Source of the DNA: the human T2T-CHM13v2.0 reference genome, Homo sapiens
Strand: one strand, 5' to 3'
NCBI RefSeq assembly: GCF_009914755.1
Contig: NC_060932.1
DNA length: 64,000 bases
Numbering within the stretch: the stretch's first letter is position 1; each line of letters starts with the position of its first letter. Positions 56,720 to 64,000 of the stretch are shown here, piece after piece. A model generated the notes under the pieces. The model had not been told where the DNA came from. It did not search any database and saw nothing but the letters and a program-made list of their open reading frames with translations. The translations under genes were made by a program, and so were the position numbers.

Positions 56720-57088
56720 TAATAACAATAAAAAGCAGGATATAGGTCAACTGAGGCTGCTCTGTGCTCATCTCAGATGGCTTTACCTACAGGCCTAGGG
56801 GCTCAGCTGGACCTTTCTGTCTCTATGGTCTGTCTCGGTCCATGGATCTCTTGTCCTTCAGATATCCTCTCATCCTTCTTCAGAGCATGGTGGCCTCAGG
56901 TTACAGGAAGGTAGAGTCTGTAAGGCCCCATGATGCCTTGGCTCTGGGGCTTCTGTAACATCACCTCCACCACATTCTATGGGTCAAAGTCACAAGGACA
57001 ACTTAGATTCAAGGAGTGGGAAAATAGACATTACTTCTTGATAGTAGGAGCTGCAGAAGACGGTGGCCATGGTTTTCAGTCTGCCACA
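56720..57088 (-). mobile_element. Old MLT1 LTR fragment
   Basis: 'catcacctccaccacattctatgggtcaaagtcacaagg...agattcaaggagtgggaaaataga...gtctgccaca'. Confidence 0.7.
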
Positions 57089-59699
57089 AATGGTTACGAA
57101 GTGATAGAATTTGGACACATTTAATATATATGCACTGTACCTGCAGAGACCTGGGTCTTTTGAGTAGATAGATGATCCTTCATAGGACAGGAACAAGTTC
57201 ACTGGGTATGTGCTAAAATGCAAGGCAGCGCTATTGAAACATTCCAGGTTAGTGGAAGGAGCTCTGGATTAGGATATCAGAGACTTGGGTTCTTGCTCTA
57301 TGTTTATTATAAACCAGCTGAATCAGCCTGGGAAGTTGAGTGTTAGCCTAATTTTCTGTAATGACAGCGTAATGCTCCTCCCAATCTTTTCCCAGTATAG
57401 TTGGTATGTCCAAGTGAAATACTAAATGGGCAGTCTATAGAGGGCATAGAGCTCCTTATCAAGATCTACAAATTGCAGGGTGCTGGGAGGGAAGAATGGG
57501 ACAGGGCCTGGTGAGGAAACCAAGACAGGAGTAATTGAGAATCACACTCAGTGACTTGTTTACCGGATTTTCTATGAAGTTCTCACCCTTCCTATATATG
57601 TGCCCAGCTAGATTTTTCTATCCTGTTCATTTCTTTAGACTCACAAATTGCATGGCACTTCCTTAAATACTGCTCAGGATTGGCTAGAATGTTCTCCAGG
57701 TGTTGGTATCAGGCATGTTTTGGTTGGCTTTGTTCACTCACCTCTTATTAGCTGGCTGTCTTGCATCGATTTTCCCCTCTTGTGAATAACAGTTTCTGTC
57801 TCATGGAGGTGTAGATACATGTCAGATGAAGGCTATGACACCATTAGCAGCGGCTGGCACAGAATGGGTGTTCAAGGACTCCCTTTCCTTGATTAAACTG
57901 TAAGCTTCCTGAGGGATTTGGATCTCCTGAGCCACAGACACAGCAAGAGACCCATTGCTGCCACCCAGTGCTTTGTTCGCCACTGTACGTAGCCAACTGC
58001 TGACACAACATTGACACCTAACAAATATTTGTGGAAAGAACAAGATCCAGAGCTCCAATCTCCTGTCCTGTGCCCTCTCTCACACCTGGCACCAAATCTC
58101 TTTCCCCTGGGTCTCTCTTTCTCTAGTGCCTGAGACACAAGTGCAGTGTCTAGTAGTTTTCTTCATGTTGTAGGAAGTGGTGCTTTGTTCCCCAGCAAAA
58201 CTGCCTTGTGAGCTCTCCAGGTGTCAAAAGCAGGAAAGAGCACACCAGCTGGGTGGCCGGGACCTCCCTATTCCTCTCTCTGCTCCTAAGCAACCACTCA
58301 ATCTCGGGCACATCATCTTACTCCTGTGCTTGGTTTTCTAACTGATATGATCAGGAACCATACCCCATAAGCTCCTTTCAGATTTCCCATTCCTTGAATC
58401 CACAAAAAACCACACATTGTCATTTTCAAAGGGTATATGTGGGGAAGGGCATGGGGAGGATGGCAGGGGCAGGGTGTGCAGGGGTCATCCCAGAACAGCT
58501 GCCATCACAGCCTGAGCCCAGAAGCCAGAAGTTTTCTCCAAAGTTTCACATTCTCTTGGCAGCTCCAACCTGCTGTCCTGAGACCCCCAGCCACCCAGCT
58601 TCCAGCAGGGAGATTGCATTCAAACCCTTCCAATTCTCCCACTTGATCAAATAGCCCAGGGCCCTGGAGCCTTTTTCTTCTGTTTGAAAAAGCATCCCCA
58701 AATCTGCTCCCATACCCTCTTTGAAAAAACATTCACAAGTCTGACAGTGCCCTCCCCAGTTTTGTCCCAGTTTCCCAGAACTGTCACAGTGGCTGCTGAC
58801 ATTCCAAGAGGGAGCATTGGTGGGATGATCATCCCTGCTCATGGGCCTCTTTTGGGGAATTAACATTCGGGGCCTCTGGTCACTTCTGGCTGCTGAGGTG
58901 AGGACATGGCAGGTCTGAGGGAAGAATGGAGGTGGGGCGGGAGTAGCAGTTGAGAGTCAAGGGGGCCAGAGAATAAAGAGAAAGAAAGATACAAGCACTG
59001 AAAAGCATTTCTTTTAGAGCAGCAGTGACCACTGTCTCTTGTCTTCCCCAGAGAATCATGGTTTTCCAGAGTCACGTAGCCTCTGTGTTTCTGCGAAGCC
59101 CCTGCCTGCTCCAACCACAACAGAGGGAAGCAAGCTTTCAGCTCATAGGGCAGTGAAGGGTGGGATGATGTGGGGTTGCAGCAGAGGCAGGGTCAACTCT
59201 GGTCATTGGGAGGCCGGTGGGAAGGATATGCTCCTGTCCAGATGCATCTTCCCTGCACAGAGGAGCTGCACCTGCTGCTAGTGCTCATGGGTTATCATGC
59301 CCTTGATGCCTACAGATGCTGCTTCTAATGGGAGACATATGGGGTGACTGGAAGCCTGCAAAGAAAGATGCTTATTCATTGGTGCCCTGATGATACAGCA
59401 TTGAGCATGAGATAGTTAATAAGAAATTTCCTTATGGCCTTCCCAATTGGGAGGACTAGAGAATTGGCCTTCCTGTTAGGTGGAAACTACAGTGAGAGTA
59501 TTCTGCAAATGGTGAATGAGCGCCATATTTCTTTTAAGCCCCCTTGTGATTAGAATTAAGGCAGATGCATAGGAGTTCCTGATAAAATTCTTGAGGGACA
59601 AGAGGGACGAGGATGTCCGTAGGGTTTGCCTCAAAAGTGCTGCCAGCCTCTCTCTCCTTAGCATGAGGACCCAACTCTTTCTTAAAAGTGTCGGTTTCA

Positions 59700-60000
59700 G
59701 GCCAAGCACAGTGGCTCACACCTGTAATCCCAGCACTTTGGGAGGCCAAGGCAGGCTGATCACTTGAGGTCAGGGGTTTGAGACCAGCCTGGAAAACATG
59801 GTGAAAACCTGTCTCTACTAAAAATACAAAAATTAGCCGAGTGTGGTGGCATGCACCAGTAATTCTACCTACTTGGGAGGCTGAGGCAGGAGAATCTCTT
59901 GGACCTGAGAGGCGGAGGTTGCAGTGATTGGAGATCTCAGAACTGCACTCCAGCCTGGCTAACGGAGTGACACTCTGTCTCAAAACACAAAAACAGAAAC
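59700..60000 (+). mobile_element. AluS
   Basis: Full Alu with mixed A-rich tail. Confidence 0.92.
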
Positions 60001-60199
60001 AAGAAATTCTATTTCTTCATTCTGGTTGCTCTTAAATGGAATTCCTACTTCTCTTCACCTTGGAGGGAGCCTCTGTAATATGACTGAGACCTTGGAATTG
60101 ACTCAGTGGTAATTGCCCCTGCCTTTTTGACTGTCTTAGCTATTCAAACTCAGCCACTTCCATCTTCAGCAAGAGCACCCACTGACCCGTCCCACCCAC

Positions 60200-60760
60200 A
60201 TTAACTTTGGCCCTAGAGCACCCAAAATCTATGCAAAAGGATTTTCATGAGATTGCCCTTTTAGGTCTACTGCTAGAAGGAACTCTTGTGAATGTGCCAC
60301 AGGAGGCATGGACAAGAATAGTCATAACAGCGCCATTCACAAAAGAAACACTTGGAGACAACCAAATGCTCATCTGTGGGACAATAGGTAAATAAAGCAC
60401 GGGATGTACATTCAGTGAAATATTCTATAGCTGTGACACATAACAATATGAATGCATCTCAGTAATCTAGTGTTAACCAAAGATAAAACCCAAACAATTA
60501 AACCTAGCGCAACATCCTTATAAAGCTATCAACAAGTAATTACTGTTTAGGAAAATATAGAGATAAAATAAAACCCTACAAAAAGAAAGCCAAAAGAGAA
60601 AAAATGATTCAGAATGATGGTCACTTCTAGTGTAGAATGGGAATGGGGGTGCCATGTAGCTGCGCTAAGTTATTGTTTGTTTTGGGTAGAGGATTTGTAA
60701 GTGCTTGTCACACTATGAAACAGAACTAGCTAACTAAATAAAAACATGTAGTGGGAACAG
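60200..60760 (+). mobile_element. L1ME-type 3' fragment
   Basis: 'gaaactcttgtgaatgtgccacaggaggcatggacaagaatagtcataacagc...tggagacaaccaaatgctcatc'. Confidence 0.65.
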
Positions 60761-60766
60761 TAGAGT

Positions 60767-61345
60767 AAAGGTTGCTGCCTACACATTAGAAGGGGAACAT
60801 ACACAAACGGTTCCAGCTGGTGGCCAGAGAGAAGAATTCAGAGGCATGTTTCTCACCTAGCAAACTGGGTGCTCTCTTTCTCTCACTCTCTCTCTGCTTG
60901 TCTCCCTGACTCTTCATTCTTGCCTTTCATGACCCAGAAATGGACCCTCTTAGCTCATTATGCCCTCCGCAGGTCTGTAAGTAATAATAAATGATTGAAC
61001 TTATTTCCTACTGTGGTGGTACATTGAATTGCACCTTCAATCTAGGCAAGGGTTAACTGGGACGCTAGGGAGAAAACATAGTCAGGCTCCCAGTACCAGA
61101 GCGATGGTCCAGCAGGCATAAACTGGACACGAGTCACCCAAGAACTACAAGGGAGTCTGCCAGTATGAAGAAGTTTCCTGTGCGAGGGACCTCCTGGTCA
61201 CAAGTTGGACTAGGAAGCATTAGGGCATCTGTTAGGTAAAAGAAATAGCCTATGAAATGTACACTGTAAACATTACGCCAAGCTTCCCATTATTTTCTGT
61301 CGGGCTAGGGTTCCTAGCCACTCTAATATTGGAATCCTAATTTAG
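60767..61345 (+). mobile_element. Probable ERV solo LTR (family unassigned)
   Basis: TG start, internal 'gtctgtaagtaataataaa' poly(A)-type region and LTR-like U5 composition. Confidence 0.45.
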
Positions 61346-61355
61346 AAAACAAACT

Positions 61356-61757
<402 letters not shown>

Positions 61758-61894
61758 TTAAGACATTGCCAAGAAAATAGCAGAGCTGGCTGGGTGGTAG
61801 ATAACTTCCTTTCCACTCCCAAGCCAATAGCAGAATGAGGGCATAGCCCAACACTTAATTTTAATCTCGTGCAAGAGTTGAAATCATTGCTTCC

Positions 61895-62419
61895 TGTCTT
61901 ACTTTCCTATTGCTGTTGTAACAAATTATCACAAAGTTGGTAGTTTAAAGCTACACAAGTTCATGACTATACAATTATCCTAATGTGAGGCTTAAAATAA
62001 TACGAGTTGATTACCATACAATAAGTCAAAATTTTGACTTGGGTTTCACTGGGATAACATTGATAAATTTGAAGGGCTACATTCTTTCCTAAGGCTCTAG
62101 GGGAGAATCTTTTTCTTTGTGATTCCTACTTCTAGAGACTGCCCACATGACTTGGCTCATGGCCCCTTCTGTCTGGCATCAAAGCCAGCAACGGCAGCTC
62201 CAGTCTTTTCTCATTGCATCATTCTGACCTTCTGCTTCCCCTCTCACTTATAAGGACCCCTGTGATTACATTAGGCCACTGGTAATCCAGGATAATCTCC
62301 CCAACTCAAGACTCTTAATTCCACCTGCAAAGTCTCTTTTGCCATGTAAGGTAATACATTCGTAGCTTCCAGGAATCAGACACAGCCACCTCGGGGGAAC
62401 CATTATTCTGCCTATCACT
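61895..62419 (-). mobile_element. MLT1C/D solo LTR
   Basis: 'tgtcttactttcctattgctgttgtaacaaattatcacaaa...ggctctaggggagaatc...cattattctgcctatcac'; TSD cttcc/tttcc. Confidence 0.85.
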
Positions 62420-63589
62420 TTCCAATGAGGACACATCCAATCAGCTCCTTTAAACTAACTGTTCCTCTCTCCTCCCTCTCGCTCCAGTTGTTTTGCAACC
62501 AGCTGTGTCGAGGGCACAGTGTTGGAGGGAAAGAAAGAGGGACTAATAGACTGGGAAAGCAGGAGCAGGCTACATTAAGGGCTTGACTCCATCTCAGAAA
62601 TCACCAGCCCCTGGGTGAAGTCAGGCTGAATCAGTCTCTAATTCATTTCATCTAGCACGATATTGGAAGTCTGGGCAGTAGTAGCTGGGTGCAGCGAGGC
62701 ATGCAGTCCTGCTTTGGAGGCAGGAAGCCCTGACAATGTAGATTTAAAAGGAGGGTCAAAAAATTCAAACTCTTTTACAGAGATGTAATATTGGAGCCTG
62801 GAAAGCCAGATATCGAGCCTAGATCAGTGTGCAGAATCAATAGCCTCCGGCCAACAACTGGCAGGGATTCCTCTTTTTCCATCATCCTCTGCTTAGTAAG
62901 ATTCTTAGAGTCCATATGAGGACAGTGCAACTTAGAGACCTAGAGAGAAGTATGGAAAATACATGGAGGCTGGCAGAGTTCCCAAACTATACAGAAACTA
63001 TAAAAAGGCTCTTAAAAACCTCCTGAGATTTTTTAGTATGAAGGGACCAAAAAAAGAAATGGCTAGTAAGTAACATACTCATTGTCTCCAAGTCAAGCTT
63101 TATCACACAGAGCACGTGGACAAGTCATTTCCTCTGTCTGAACCTCAGTTTCTCCTCTAAATAATGAGGGGTTTATATAGAGCTCTGTGTCTGTGTTTGA
63201 CAATTGCCATTTTCTCGGCATAAAGTGTGTTTAGCCTGTTCTCCGTGGCTGCCTTCAGGTAGATGCCAGACATCGCCTTTTCCTACAGCACCAGCCTCAC
63301 TCCTGCTGACACCCACTGCCTGTGCAGAGCTTTTCACGGTGTGCCATTAGGGCCACGCGACACAGTGACAGGCAGGAGCTGGTTCAGAGAGTTAGCTGAA
63401 TGTGCTCTTGACTCCACGTTCACATTGGTAGCTAGACGATGGCCATGGTGGCCTATGTACACCATAGAAATGGGCAAACACTGCAAAGCGGGGATTTCCC
63501 TACCATCACCTGAGCCCATTTAGCAGAACCCACCCACTGGATAGCCCTTCTGCTTCTGCTGGTACCACTCCTGGAAGCAGGAAAGCAGC

Positions 63590-63770
63590 ATCAAGAATAC
63601 AGGCCATAGAGTCCATCACCCAGTGTTCAAATCCTGATTTGCCATTTTCTACCTGGACTACATTAGACCTTATGTAACAGTGCTTTATATTAGATAAGGT
63701 TGCTATGAGGATCAAATGTATGTAAACACTCAGCCTGATACCAGGTGCATCGCAACCTCTCAGTAAGCGT
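63590..63770 (+). mobile_element. MIR
   Basis: 'cccagtgttcaaatcctgatttgcca...aggttgctatgaggatcaaatg'. Confidence 0.6.
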
Positions 63771-64000
63771 GCTCCTTCTGTTCTGTTAGGATTAGTGAGA
63801 TTATTGAGGAGTTTTACCAACACTGTTGTGAAAGAAAATACCTCTCTTCCATTTGTATTTTGCATGTCAGATGGGGGATCAATGAAGAACTCCTGTGTGC
63901 CAGTAATTTACAGAGTTTGAAGGGAAACCCTGATTTCAATAATCTGGATTTCTTCCTTCCCCAGCCATCAGGATTCAGAGAACAGTCTGTGGTGGGCTGG

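Overview
Primate (human-like) non-coding DNA. It is dense in Alu, MIR, L2, old L1M, MaLR/ERV solo LTRs and DNA-transposon relics, with short AT-rich unique blocks that look like developmental enhancers. I can support no protein-coding exon, RNA gene or CRISPR array; the ORF track reflects Alu, low-complexity and chance ORFs. The most unusual structure is an old inverted duplication at 45.9-48.3 kb. Its arms are about 335 bp with a perfect 50-bp core, identity falls outward, a MER4 LTR splits the left arm only, and there is a third partial direct copy. Other notable items: a 1.28-kb nearly pure A/T tandem array grown from an Alu tail with 42-bp higher-order periodicity, a HERV-W (LTR17) solo LTR nested in Tigger3, a MER41B LTR with two intact GAS motifs, and a strong minus-strand bias of LTRs suggesting a host transcript on the + strand. 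Repeat subfamily names come from recalled consensus sequences, and boundaries of old repeats are approximate. I see no convincing evidence of a wholly new biological system.
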